From Azolla caroliniana (taxonomy: Eukaryota; Plantae; Polypodiophyta): a DNA stretch of 64,000 nucleotides. The stretch covers positions 5,084,001-5,148,000 of the forward strand of contig JBHGNT010000010.1 in assembly GCA_043228905.1 (NCBI GenBank), read 5' to 3'. The notes below the pieces were generated by a model. That model searched no databases, was not told the origin of the DNA, and saw only the letters and a program-made list of their open reading frames with translations. Numbering within the stretch: the stretch's first letter is position 1; each line of letters opens with the position of its first letter. This document shows, piece by piece, positions 38,894-51,872 of this stretch. A program made the position numbers and the translations under genes.

Positions 38894-41800
38894 CTTTGGT
38901 TTCAGGAAGTAAAAATAAAAAAGTTTTTTGTGGGGAAATGGTTAGATCATACAAGTATTGCATCGTCCCTATTCTCTCGTGAGTGTGTTCTTCTCCCAAT
39001 TATCTTTGAGAAAGAGGGCGAAATGCATAAATGGAGAGAGATATCTTAATGCCTTAGGCTGAAATGGCCTGTTGGTAACGAATGAGAGACCACATCTTTA
39101 AATGTTTGTCTCATCTTTTGAGAACTAACAACCCAAAATAAATATAACCAAATTAGACGATCTGCCTGAGGTATCAGAAATGTCATTAGGTAAGCACTTA
39201 ACATTTTAAGAGTAGATGAACTCAATCATCTCCCTTAGAAAGATCTCTGATATGGGCGGATCTTTTACCTATCGAAGACAAGTGTGACAGGAATATGGTC
39301 CAGACAGACATGGCCTATGTACACGACAAATTTTTTATTGCCCAATCTATTGTAACCTCTTCTGAGCGTTATGGTTGAGACCCTGCTTGTGGCCCTTGAC
39401 TGACTTGTGGCACGAGAAGTAATAAAACGACTTTGGTGATGGTCTTTGTTTATAAGCTTTTGCGGTTATCTTTGTCCTTCAACATTTCTTCTCTATGTTT
39501 TTTGAGTCATAGCAAGAACAGTCCCAAAAACCGTTGATCTTCATTTTCCATTACCTTGCATAGTGGACCAAAGCTTTGAATGAAGAGGCTGTGGTACCTC
39601 CCTCCTATGTCTGTCTGGTTGAGGTTCATTTTTTTTAAAATGATGTCTATCATCATGTGGGGTGTGGCAAATTCAGCCCAGATGGAAACATTCATGAAAA
39701 CATGTGGGATGGATGCTTTGGTCATATCATCCATGAAAACATCATGGCTAGTGGATGCTCCATTTCTGTCCATGAAAGGTGTGGAGATCATATTGCTACA
39801 CTGTACATTAGGGTGGGGTTGACCACGATGTTAAATAACAACATTCTAGTTTTTCCTGGAACTGTGCATGGTGACATTGTTACTCTAGCAAGGATAGAGC
39901 TATATATCGTCGAGTGAGTCAATATTTGGTGTCTTAGGTCAAAGGGAAGTGTCCAAGGATGCTTGTAAATGTGACTACTAGAGAGACTTAGAATCCAATG
40001 CTTTGACTTGGCCTCCTGCTAAGTTAAAGTTAATTTGTTCTTGAAAATGTTTGTTACAGCAGGTAAAACCTTTTCTTGAGGACCGAATAGGTCATATTAT
40101 AGCTGCATTTTGAAGAGATGTATGGTTATAAACTAAAAAAATGTTCTTCCTGAGGAACATTATAGATCATACAGAAGTGAGAAACTATTTATTTGGCTAA
40201 ATGCGAGGTAGATTTTGTTGAAGAAACATAAATTCATGAACAATTCATGTTTTGTAAAGCTTTCTTTGGTTAGAGAGAATCTATTTATTTGGCTAAATGT
40301 GACTTAGGTTTGTTGAAGAAATTATAAAGTCATAAACAAGTTGTGTTTTGTAAAGCTTTCTTTGGTTAAATGATGCATATTCTTGGCTGAAGAAATTATT
40401 TTACAGGCTTTGCTAACAGCCATATCTGAGAAACTTGGACGGGAAGTAACCGTGTCTGTAAACAAGGCTGCAATTGTCACAACAGATGTAGACCTATCAA
40501 CTTCTACAGAAATGCAAGGTGAATTCAATATTGAAGAAGATTGTGTTTTTCTTTTCCATCATACATTTACTTTAGAGCTGCATATGTCCTATTTCATGTA
40601 TTAGAAGTTTTTTCATGCATTTGTTGAATTGGCATTTTTTTTTTGCATCCTCACTGCAGAGGAACCCGATGACTTTTATGAGTTCACTAAAGAAGACTAT
40701 GCTCGAATGGTGGCTAGTAAGAAACCAGGTTAGATCTACTATTTCTTGCTCATTTACAAGAATATTCATGGAGCAGAACCATTTATTTTCCAATCACTTC
40801 TTATAACCTTTCACTGGCAGAGATTTTGGAATCCTGCTGATTGACATTATAGCATGTTTATAAAAATGCATATTATGATGATAATATATTTGATTTTGTG
40901 ATCACCTAAATTATTTTGATGCTATCCAGATGTATTCCTGAAAACTAAGAAAATCAGAGATGCTGAAGCAGCAGCAAGACGCTCATCTATCTCTAAGGTA
41001 TACTGATGTGGCAACATATTTATATTTATATTGCAATATTATGGCCAGAGAAAACTGGAATCTATGTCTTTTTTTGTTCAGGCTGTCATTCGAGTGCTAT
41101 TTCCTGACAATTACATTCTTGAAGCAAAGTTTCAAGCTTCAGATTCTCTTTCTGAGTTGGTTGATCTTTTGAGAAAAGTAATATCGAGACCAGACATACC
41201 TTTCTATCTTTGTAAGGATGTTTCTGAATTATTATTATTTCATAATTCGTAATTGATGGGATATGGTAGAAGAAACAGGGAATGTTATTTCATAGAAAAT
41301 ATACCTTTATATTTTTTTACATGTACATTTTTCCAAATAAATGTTACTGTTATGAAGTAGCTAGCCTCAAAATTTGAGGTTGAATCACACTCCCAAAATT
41401 TATCCACAAGATTTATTTGGTGCGAATGAAAACATTAGTGTTAAGTTGAACGCTTGTGCTTATTGTTATTTTATATTGTCGGCTCTATTGTTCATTACAG
41501 ATACCACTCCTCCCAAGCAGAAGTTGCAACATCTAGAGAGAGATTTTTATACTGCTGGATTTACACCTGGAGCGTTGGTTCACTTCAGTTATGATGCCCT
41601 GAAAGGTTTCTTTTTAACTATTCAAATATATTAACTAAGCATATTAGTCTTTAATGGCATCAGCAATTTAAAAACTGCTGCAAGAGATTAGTACCCTTGC
41701 TTCCCACAAAATAATGTTAATATATTTTCAATGGAAATAGCCATCTTGATATCAATATGATTATGCCAAATTAATTGGAAATGATCTGGAGACCTCATTT

Positions 41801-42121
41801 CTTCATGGTGACATGAACCAAGTCATCGTTTCTTCAAATTTTTAGCAAAGCATTCTTCAGAACAGATCATCATTTCTTCATGTGTGCAATATAGGGACTA
41901 CTGAAAATCAATTGCAGGAGATTATTGGTGGACCATATCTCAAAAGTGATGTGATGGATATTTGTGACTTGCATTTGCTGGTAAAGCCTGTAACGGATGT
42001 TGAGAAGCCAGAACTCACAAGTGGAGCAGAGTCCCCTCCAGATAGAGCAGATAGAGCAGAGCAAAATGTGGTCTCAAAATCAAGAAAGACAGGAACAAAA
42101 CCAAAATGGATGAAGTTATAG
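38675..42121 (+). CDS. PUX1: Plant UBX domain-containing protein 1 (CDC48 cofactor), 7 exons
   Basis: Exons 38675-38713 (tentative), 40407-40518, 40660-40728, 40930-40997, 41082-41211, 41501-41605 and 41895-42121. Motifs EEPDDFYEFT..DY, LKTKKIRDAE, AVIRV.FPDNY.LEA.F, PFYLYTTPPKQ, DFY.AGF.PGA.VHFS and C-terminal KPKWMKL. Confidence 0.9.
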
Positions 42122-43504
42122 TGGGAATTTAGAGACTATGTTGTCATTATAAACTGAAGCCAAAGTGGAAGAAGCTATAATCAGAGCTTCAGTGACACTA
42201 TTGACGAAGTTATAATTAGAAATTAAAAAGTACAATTGTACAGTAAAGAGTACTGCACCGTGTCTCGAATAACGTTTTTGTAATTTAGTAGGCTGTGTAC
42301 TATGTTTTCAATTCTGTTTTGGTGAGCTTCTGGCTTTTAAAATAATAGAAATTCTAAAAAATTCTGGATGATGATTGGCTTATATTTTATAAGTATCCTA
42401 AGTCACTGACTATGATAATCAAATCCCCATTTTGACAGTCCGTTATAATCCTGTTTAAAGTTTGTTAAGTTGTGTCATAAGTTTCTTGTTAGTGAAAGAA
42501 CTTGTCTGTATGATAATATCACCGTAAACTTGATGTTCAACAGTGCGTAAATGGCATGCAATATGGCTCTTATTTTGTCTCCAATACAGAATGAAAGCAT
42601 TGATTACTGACATGTTGATGTATTGTCTTTGTTTCTCAATTCATCATTCTGGTCATTCGACATTGAGCTCTACAATAGTTTTCTTTTCTTGTCTGTACTA
42701 CTTTTTCAGTGTGAGCATATGCACTCAATATTGAACTTAAATGAAATCAATACTAGCTCCATTAGCAACCTCTGTAGCCCCTGTACAGTTTATCTTTATC
42801 CTTACCCCAATTTAGAGCAGTAATAATCTCCTCAGAAAAAAATGTGCTACATAAAGAAGACTGAAAAGTAATCACAAAATTAAAATGTTACCTATCCCTG
42901 ATCTAGATATGTTTTCTAATGTTTACAACAAAAATTGGCTTCGAGGCATGGAAAGTACTACTGTTTTAGCCTCCATGCAAATAAAATATTCTTATATATA
43001 GACTGATAACGTACACTAGAAATTATCAACTCCATACTGACATTGTTGCGAAAAATAGTTCTTTCAAGATGCTATGGTGCTCTGCCACATGAACACATTG
43101 CATACTGTCATCAGTTTGGTATCATGCAGTGGAGGTTCCATGCATTGCCTTGAGCACTGCTTCTTCATTGTTTTTATGTTGGCACTTGGTAAGCTGGGCA
43201 CAGATTTTCAACTACACGGATAAGCAATCATGACAAAGAATCTCATCACTTCCTGAGGAATCAGTTGAAATCTTTATCATAGTGAAGTCAATAAACTTGT
43301 AACATTTACATACACTCTAAAATGGCTGCTGTTCATCATGACTTTTATAGCTACAGAAGGTCCAAGGACACTTCGTGTTACAGCAGTGATGCCAGCATGA
43401 TGACATGGAAATCAAAATTGGCCAAGTATAATAGCTTCACAACAAACTAGAATTACATCTACTTTACAAAAAATGCTACATATTTACATGGCTGCCAGTA
43501 GTGG

Positions 43505-46500
43505 TTATGATGCTGATAGATTACGGGAATGTTTTCCTTTCACACAATCCTTTCCAGTTTGTGAAAGAATATCATGATTCATATTGGCAAGCTGTGATGC
43601 ATTCTGTTGATCATAAAAGATGGATAGTTCAGAAAAATAATTAATACATTAAATTCAGACGCATATTGTCTTCAAACAGATGGGCTATTTTGAAAATCAG
43701 CAAGATCCTCGTGGTCTTCATCCTGCAAAATGAACAAAAATCCTTTTATTCACAACATATTATCTAAATCTAATATGGCAGAAAAAATGACATCTCGGTT
43801 CGATCAAGTCTCTTATAATTCTTGGGAAAACATTCTAGAAGCAAGCCTCATTTAGTTTTTTAATTTGTTTCTGTAAGAAATGATAAGGGAACACAAGGAG
43901 CCAAACACCAGAATCATCCTGAGATCAGCGAACATACTAAACAGGAAAATTGCATCATTAAGTCGTCAGGTGAAGTATCACCAAATAATGTAAAGAAAAT
44001 AGCTGCAATTGTTTTTGAGGTTCTGCTGATTCCAGAAATATTTTATGATGAAAATTAATAATGCTTACCCCTTCGTTCAATGTAACTTTCAGTGAACTAG
44101 AGCTTGAACAACTTGTCTCACAATCACTTGAGTAACCAAATAATGATGATGAATTTGCATGACTCTCCAGATGCCTCGATGTGAAATAACTGGTATCATC
44201 AATGCTCTCAGGAATTGGAACAAAAGCAGCCTGCATCAGTCCTAATTAATGAGTGGCAAGTTGGACACTCCAAAATAAAATTTCAAGGAACACAGTTTTT
44301 ATGCACCTTTCCCATTCTTAAGCATGGATTATTATACAATAATCTTCATTTGCTTTTTTACTGTTGACAACATGTAGTGGGGGGGCAGGGTTTGAACCTG
44401 CAGTCTTCAGGTCATGAACCTCTGTCTAGCTAGATTCTCCCAGCTGATGTCCTTGAAAAATGGGTGACTTTTTACCTGTGCTCTCAAATGTTTATCATCT
44501 TGATGGGTAAAATCTTAAAAACACAACAAACCCATTGCGTACCTCGGAGGCTCCTTTTGATCCTAATCGCCGATTGGGATCTTCCGTGAGAAACCTATAT
44601 TAGAAAAACAATCACAGAAATTACAAACACAATTTTATTAGAGGATGTGCCAATTCTAATATGCACAATAGCTTTTTCCAGCTTGATCACACATTGCATC
44701 TGGACTTTGCTAACCATGTCAACCTAAAGTAGGTTACTGAAGCTATCTATGCTAATTATTCATCATTGCATAAATCATTGTCTTATTCTCATGCCCTAGT
44801 ACTAGATCATGTAAGAAATAATCATGCATAGTAGTAAGGAACTAATTTGAGAAAGGTTCTCCTCTAATGACTGATGGATGTCTAATTAAAATCTGTTAGA
44901 AGAAAATGTTTTAATGAGTTAATTTTTTTTGCTGACTTTAGGTATAGGCAATTGTTGATCCTCACTTGCTTCAAATCCAAATTAAGAAGAATTCTGGAAG
45001 CAAAAACGTTTGTTCCATTTCAATCATGCATACAAACAGAGGTGAATTCTAGTGCAAACATGGAATCCCCAGTGTGTGTTGAAGATAATCAACGATCCGT
45101 TATCGATTCCTTCTACACATATAGGGCCACACTGTGCTAAGGGTAGAACAATAATTAGTCAGCGTTTTCCCTACACCTGGAACATTGAATTTCAGATATA
45201 TGCTTTGGAGCTAATCAACAGGCATTATCCATATGTAGAATGAGGGATGTTAAGTGCAGCAATTACAAAGATTGAAGAGGTCATGTTAGTTAAATAAGCG
45301 CTTAGATCAAAATCATTCTTCCTTAAGTGGAAAAATCTTGTTTCCTTGATTATAATATTTATTTCATCATAAGAGCATAAGAAATCCTGCTACAGATAAA
45401 ACTTCAGAGTTTACCTTAACATCAACACAACATAAATGTTAAACATAATCTACATGTCATAATCTTACCAGCAACTGATGAATATTCCTTCTTTTATTTG
45501 AGAATGAAAATGGAAAGCTTAATCTATCTTGAACCACCAAATACCAAAATGATAAACATAAATGAGATGTATTTATTTGTTGAAAACTGGAGTTTAATCT
45601 AATTAGCTTTTACACACCAAGGAATTCTTGTTTAACGCTGAAAGTCATTCCTTAGAAGGCCACGTGCATTATCCTCATAGTAACTAAAGCAACTTTAGAC
45701 ATAATTATCATATTTACAACTACAATGATAACTTGACCTGATTTACGGTGGACCTTTAGTGCTTGTGTATGACATAAAGATTGTTGTTCCACCTTTTCAT
45801 TTGCATTTGAGACAGGAAAACTGCCAGAAGAAAAAGCATGGCTTACACTTGGTATTGTAATCTGATCAGGGTGCCTCCTCCCTGAATAAAACCTTTGAAG
45901 TCTCCATGCCTCACTTTTCCTCCTTGACTTTCCTTGTGGAGATTTGGAAGATATGTCCACATTCATAGTAATACTTGTTTTGCAAAGGTCGAGTTCTCTA
46001 GTACTCCCCAGCTTAATTTTATGCACATGTTTGTGTATCTCATTCTGCCAATGAAATCTTTGATAAATGTGTCTCTCATGATCGGCTATTGACTCATCAT
46101 TTTTAGTATCTTTGCCCCCTGTAACAATGACTTGGTGCTCCTCTTCAGTACACAAAGGCCCTGATCTTGTCCTTATTCTATTAAGCCCAAGAGAAAGTGA
46201 TAATGATGAACTATCAAGGTCTGAACTCTCATGAACCACATTCTCATTCTTAATCTGTATTGAAGGAGCTTTAGTTTCAGATTTTCCTTGAACATTCAGG
46301 TTCCATCTACTTCCTTTATAACCACCAGACCCTTGAGAATTCGGATTCTGTCTTATTTCCTCATAATCACCTAACCCTTGAGAATCAGGCTTCCATCTCC
46401 TTTCTTCATAACCATCCTTCGCTTCAGATTCTCTTTGGTCAGGATTATACATCTGCTTTCCTTACAACCAACATTTCTTTTGACATCCCCAGTTTCACTT

Positions 46501-46757
46501 TGCCCAGATTCTCTTCGTTCAGAAGGAACATGATCCATCTCTCTCGTCATACCAGGACCGCTATCATGTAATCTTTTTGAGACATTAACTGGAAAGCAAA
46601 GATCTGGTATTTGGGAAGATGCCAAATTTGCATTATCCTGCCTAGCCTTTTTATCAAGATCCTCTATTCTCAAACTCTCATGAAGACATTTATCTTCTAA
46701 GTTAGTATTGATCAAACCCTGATCCTGCTTTCTTAGTGAGTCCAGCCTAGTGTCCAT
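43505..46757 (-). pseudogene. IRE/IREH1-type AGC Ser/Thr kinase pseudogene, most of the kinase domain absent
   Basis: The N-terminal exon carries SLGLNRIRTRSGPL and has a frameshift near 46400-46450. C-terminal exons are FLTEDPNRRLGSKGASE (44594-44543), VKSHPFFKDISWENLARQ (44475-44420, 1 nt short), AAFVP...DTSYFTSR (44230-44069), DEDHEDLADF with in-frame TGA (from 43722) and NASQLANMNHDIL (to 43505). No ATP-binding, HRD or DFG exons were seen between them. Confidence 0.8.
44379..44420 (-). pseudogene. trnfM: 3' half of a tRNA-fMet(CAT), resembling plant mitochondrial trnfM (NUMT-like fragment)
   Basis: Minus strand GGTTCATGACCTGAAGACTGCAGGTTCAAACCCTGCCCC versus recalled plant mitochondrial trnfM GGCTCATGACCTGAAGACTGCAGGTTCGAATCCTGTCCCC. 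Confidence 0.6.
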
Positions 46758-48227
46758 CTCGAATTGTCCATTGTTTGGTGTCTCTCTCAGATGCCCTTCG
46801 ATCTTATTTGTGAGCTTCCCAAATGGCCCTGTTGCAAAGGAATGTTTAAATCAGGGAGTACTTATGCAAAACCTAGTCGTGTTTTTTGCATTATCTTTCG
46901 TTCATATGATCCCAAAAACTCTATGTTGAAATTTGTCATCCTTTCCATTATGTGAATTGCATAAAATAGAGAATGAAACCTCTCTATACGTACACAAAAT
47001 CAAACCTAGAGAAAAACCATTAGGCGTATCCTCGTGAAGAGGTCTAACTCAAAGTGATATACTGGAAATATTTGCAGAAATAACAGGAGTCATAAATACT
47101 AGTTACCTGGTGATTTTCTAGAAAGAAAGATTATGAGAAACTTGAGAGAATTTCACAATCAGATAATTTTGTTTCTAAAGTTTCAGGTAGTTTATGAATA
47201 CCAGAAGTCCTAAATCTGCGATTGGCATGGTATGGTTGATTCTTTACAAGAACAATAACCTGGATATGGAATAACTTCTTCTGATGGATCCACGCAAGTC
47301 TAATTTTATTAATGCTCCAAAAAAAACAGTTGCTTTTCTTTTTACCCAGAATGCATCGGAGAAGGATTTGATATTCAGCTGAGAGATCACTAGAGGTTTT
47401 TCTTCTTAATCTAGCATGTATCCGAGATTGTTCAATGTTCCGATGAAACTGTACGTGAGAAATCTTCGACTTTGGATATGTAAATGTTTCAAACTTATTG
47501 AAGATTTTCAGAAAGTATAGATTAGTCTCCATGTTCTTCTCCAAGCCTTCTTCTTTAAAACCTCTTAATCAAAGTTCTTCTTCTTTCAATTTTTTCTCTT
47601 TCAAATGTGATGTATATCATTTTCCTTAAGAAACTGATAGTAAGAATCTTTCTCTTTCTGTTTTTCCTCTGTGTGTGTGTTCGACATTTTCTGTGCAGGC
47701 CAGAAAACAGCAGCTCGTCCGCCTCCATTACTCCAGATTCAACAGTGGTATCAGAGCGTGGACTTTGTGAGACTGTGTGTAGCAACAAGCATCTACATTT
47801 CTGCGTTTTCCCCCTCTGCGCATGCTATTTTTCAGGACCTCGACAGAGGTAATATCTACTACACGTTTCCGTCTTGAACAGTTTTTTTTTGTGTGCCTAT
47901 TTTTTGGGGAAAAATAGACCTTGGTGGAAGGTAGAAACAGAGAAGACTTGTTGTTTCAGAAGTGAGGATTTACACGCAAAAGAACCTGTGTTTGGTTTTT
48001 TTTTTTTTTTTCCTTTCGATGCTTGCTCACTTGATGTGAGTTTGTGACGTTGGAAGTTACGTCTTGGTTACAGACATTTTACCTTGGCTGATATAAGAAA
48101 GAGGTGTTGTCCTCAATCGAACACGTATACCTACCCTAGAACACGGCTTGAGACTAGGTAGGGAGTAGTGTCTCAACTATTGTTAGTTGTTTATATTTGG
48201 GATTGACCAAGTTTACCTAGCTTCCGA

Positions 48228-50110
48228 ATGGCTGCCTCTGAAATGTCCGAGGTTTCAAGTACCTCACGTGGTGGTTCGTTCAATTCCCATAGAAATCACC
48301 CTATGAGTGGAAAAGACCACCTTGAGATCCGTAAATTTGACGGATCCAACTTTGCCCTGTGGAAGAATCAGATGAGAGATGTCCTGATTCAAAGAAGGCA
48401 ATTAAGAGCTATAAGTGGTGAAGCCAAGAGACCCGAGGGCATGACCAAGGACGATTGGGAAGAGCTCGATCTCTTGGCAATGTCTACCATAAGACTGCAC
48501 CTGGCTGACAACGTGTATTTCACGGTCTTGGACTGTGACTCAGCTGAAAAGCTATGGACTAAACTATCCAGTACATACGAAAAAGAGACCGCATCAAACA
48601 AAGTTTATCTAATGAGAAAACTTTATGATCTTCGAATGAAGGACAATGACAGTGTCGCTTCTCATTTGAATGATTTTGATGCATTATGGTCACAATTACT
48701 GGCTCAGAAAATGATTTTTGATGATGAGTTGAAATGTGTATTTTTGTTATGCACTTTGCTTAGCTCATGGAACACTTTTTGCACCGCTATTAGTGCAAGT
48801 GCACCAAATGGGAAATTAGTCTATAATGACATATGTGGAGCTCTTTTGGGTGAAGAAATTCGTAGAAAATCTGTGATTGCATCACACAATGGAGATGCAT
48901 ATAATGTTTCTGATGTTGGTCCTCGCAAGAACCAACAACGTGGTAGGAGCCAAACAAGAAATAGTGGTGGAAATGATAGAGGTAGAAGCAAATCTAGGAA
49001 GAAAAATATGGAGTGCCATTACTGTCATAAAAAGGGTCACCTTAAGAAAGATTGTTATGCCCTTAAAAATAAGGAGAAAGATAGTGCTAGAGGGCATGGT
49101 AGACAATCTAGTGGTCCCTCTTCCTCGTTGGAAACGGAGGAAGTAAATGCAACATGTGGTGAGACGGACATCTTGGTCCTAGATGATGTTAGCACACATG
49201 CTGGGGTGAACACGGTCTTTTCTCCATCATATACGTGGTTGTTGGACTCCGGTGCATTGTTTCATGTGACTCCACATAGAGAGTGGTTCACATGTTATGA
49301 AGCCAAGTCGCTTGGGAAAGTTCGACTTGGAGACTCACATCAATGCGATGTGATTGGCATTGGAGATATCTCAATGCATTTTAGTGATGGTGCTCATTTG
49401 ACCATTAAAGATGTACGCCATGTTCCCCAACTAACTCGTAGTTTGATCTCCGTTGGTCAGCTTGATGACAATGGATATAAGGTGATGTTTGCTTCTCAAT
49501 CCTTTCGTATAACGAAAGGAAATATGATTGTTGCAAAAGGGAACAAAGTTGGTTCCCTCTACCCTCTATTTGTTCATCAAAAGGAACACTTGTTGGCTGT
49601 CACAGACCAGCCAATGACGAGCATTTGGCATGGTCGTTTGGGCCACATGTCAAGAAATGGCATGGAAATCCTATCTCGTTATGGCCACTTACCTAAGTTG
49701 TCATTCTCTGATTTTGCCTTATGTGAGCATTGTCAACATGGTAAGCAAACTAGAAGTGCACATAAGACTAGTGTAAACTCATCCACTAAACCATTGGATC
49801 TTGTCCACACGGATGTTTGTGGACCTATGCCCACAAGATCTTTGGATGGTGCCCTATATTTTGTTACTTTCATTGATGATGCCACTAGGAAAGTTTGGGC
49901 TTATCCAATTAAGGGAAAGGATGATGTATACCCCACTTTCAAAAAATGGCTTAGTTCGGTTGAGCTAGAAAAGGACATAAAGCTTAAGGCTTTACGTTCG
50001 GACAATGGAGGTGAGTATACCTCTCACGAATTTGTTGACTTTTGTAAGTCTAGAGGTATTCGGAGAGAGTTTACAGCTCCTTACACCCCTGTCCAAAATG
50101 GTGTGGCTGA
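48228..50110 (+). CDS. Copia polyprotein 5' part: gag (CCHC), protease, GAG-pre-integrase and integrase core up to the gypsy insertion
   Basis: KFDGSNF..WK, CHYCHKKGHLKKDC, WLLDSGA, WHGRLGH, HTDVCGP, LRSDNGGEY and QNGVA|E; the frame is broken at the TSD. Confidence 0.92.
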
Positions 50111-50744
50111 TGTCATGAAGACATACATCTTGGCTTATCATGACATTCATCTTGGCGAACCAGGAATCGAACCCATAACCTCTTGGTTTACATATTGTAC
50201 TTTAACCATTGTAATAACATATGTGAGATGTAATCATAATAATTATATGTTTAGTTATTACGAGATATTTAGAACATTCTAGATTATTCTAGAATGTTCT
50301 TGAATATTTCATGATTATATTTATTATTATTATTATTCATAAATATCTAAAATATTCTAGAACATTCTAGAATACTCCATAAGGGCCTATAAATAAGAGT
50401 CCATACACTCATCACAACTCATTCGGTTCAACACCAGTCTTTAGCCCTTAGCCTACTCCTTGTAATCTTCTTTCTCATAATATAATCTCATTCCCATTTC
50501 TTATCTCTCACTTATACTTTTCTCTCTCTCGCACTCTCTCCCTTTTTCACTCTCTTTTGCTATCACTATCGCTATCTCTACCGCTCTCGCCATCTCTATC
50601 GTTATCGTTATCTCTATCGCCATCGCTCTCTCTCTGCTTCCTACTCAAGAGTCACGACAGTTTGAACCGAATATTTCTTTTCCCTTTCTCCAATAACCCT
50701 AGCAAGCTTTCTTCTTTATCCTTCTTTCTTTTTCCCCCGCGGTT

Positions 50745-51872
50745 ATGGAGTCGGTCAGCAAGCAAGAGTATATGCGTGTCCTTTCGGAGCTCGATATGCT
50801 CACCACTAAGTTTGTGGCATTAGAGCAAGAAAATCAAAGGCTACTCGGGGATCTTCAACAAGTCAATACTGAGAAAGCTCATCAATATGAGGAGTTATCA
50901 CAACGGGTTCATCAACTTGAGGCTACTATATTAACATTACGAGAACAAGCGGCGGGGGTTCAAAACTCCCCAAGGGAACCAAAGATTAGCCTCCCTGCCA
51001 AGTTTGATGGTACCAGATCTCTCTTTCGAGGTTTCCTGAATCAAGTTCGTTTGGTGATTCAGTTACATCCCAATCGGTATCCAACTGATGCTGCCCGTGT
51101 GGGATTAATAGGAACCTTGCTAAGCGGTACAGCGTTAGCATGGTTTGCACCACTTCTTGAGAAGAAATCACCATTACTGGAGGATTTCGAGGCATTCGTT
51201 AAGGAGTTTCAAGCTAGTTTTGGAGATACGGATAGCACTAGGACTGCAATAAACAAGATTCGAAGACTCCGACAAGGAGATCGTCCCGCTTCAGCTTATG
51301 CCGCAGATTTCCGTCTCTTGGCATGCGACATCCCTTGGGATGAGGCAGCCTTAATGGATCAATTCCGTCAGGGTTTGCGTAACGATGTCAAAGATCTTCT
51401 TCTTACTTTCCATGAAGATCCAAAGTCTCTTACTGAAGCTATTAGCCGAGCTGTGCGATGTGATAATCGCCTATTTGAGCGACGTTCTGAACGTCAACAA
51501 ATGTTACGCCGCCAACCGGAACAGACATACGCTTCTATAGTCGCCACACCGCCACAAGGTTCTAGACCCGTTACGAGGGATGGTCCCACTCCGATGGAAA
51601 TAGAGTCGACACAACGTCGAGGGCCCTTATCAGATGCTGAGAAACAACGACGTCGGGCGCATCGCCTATGCCTCTACTGTGGTGGTCCAGGACATATAGC
51701 TGTGAATTGTCCACATAAACCCAGGCGTCAAGTTTACCAAGTAAGTGCACATGACAACCCTACATCAAGTTCTACTATCACTTCTAATAACTTAAGTACT
51801 AAGCCTAATAGCCCATGCCATGAGAATAGATTTGATGTCTTGAGCCAATTAGAGGATGTGTTAAACGAATAA
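50745..51872 (+). CDS. Gypsy gag (PEG10/sushi-like capsid with CCHC knuckle)
   Basis: P.KFDG.R..FRGFL, LL.G.A..W, L.QG..A..YA..F, GPTPMEI and LCLYCGGPGHIAVNCP. Confidence 0.93.
   Translation: MESVSKQEYMRVLSELDMLTTKFVALEQENQRLLGDLQQVNTEKAHQYEELSQRVHQLEATILTLREQAAGVQNSPREPKISLPAKFDGTRSLFRGFLNQVRLVIQLHPNRYPTDAARVGLIGTLLSGTALAWFAPLLEKKSPLLEDFEAFVKEFQASFGDTDSTRTAINKIRRLRQGDRPASAYAADFRLLACDIPWDEAALMDQFRQGLRNDVKDLLLTFHEDPKSLTEAISRAVRCDNRLFERRSERQQMLRRQPEQTYASIVATPPQGSRPVTRDGPTPMEIESTQRRGPLSDAEKQRRRAHRLCLYCGGPGHIAVNCPHKPRRQVYQVSAHDNPTSSSTITSNNLSTKPNSPCHENRFDVLSQLEDVLNE

Noticed and set aside
39507-39917. Overlapping ORFs in PUX1 intron 1
   Set aside because: No recognisable protein motif; probably decayed repeat sequence.
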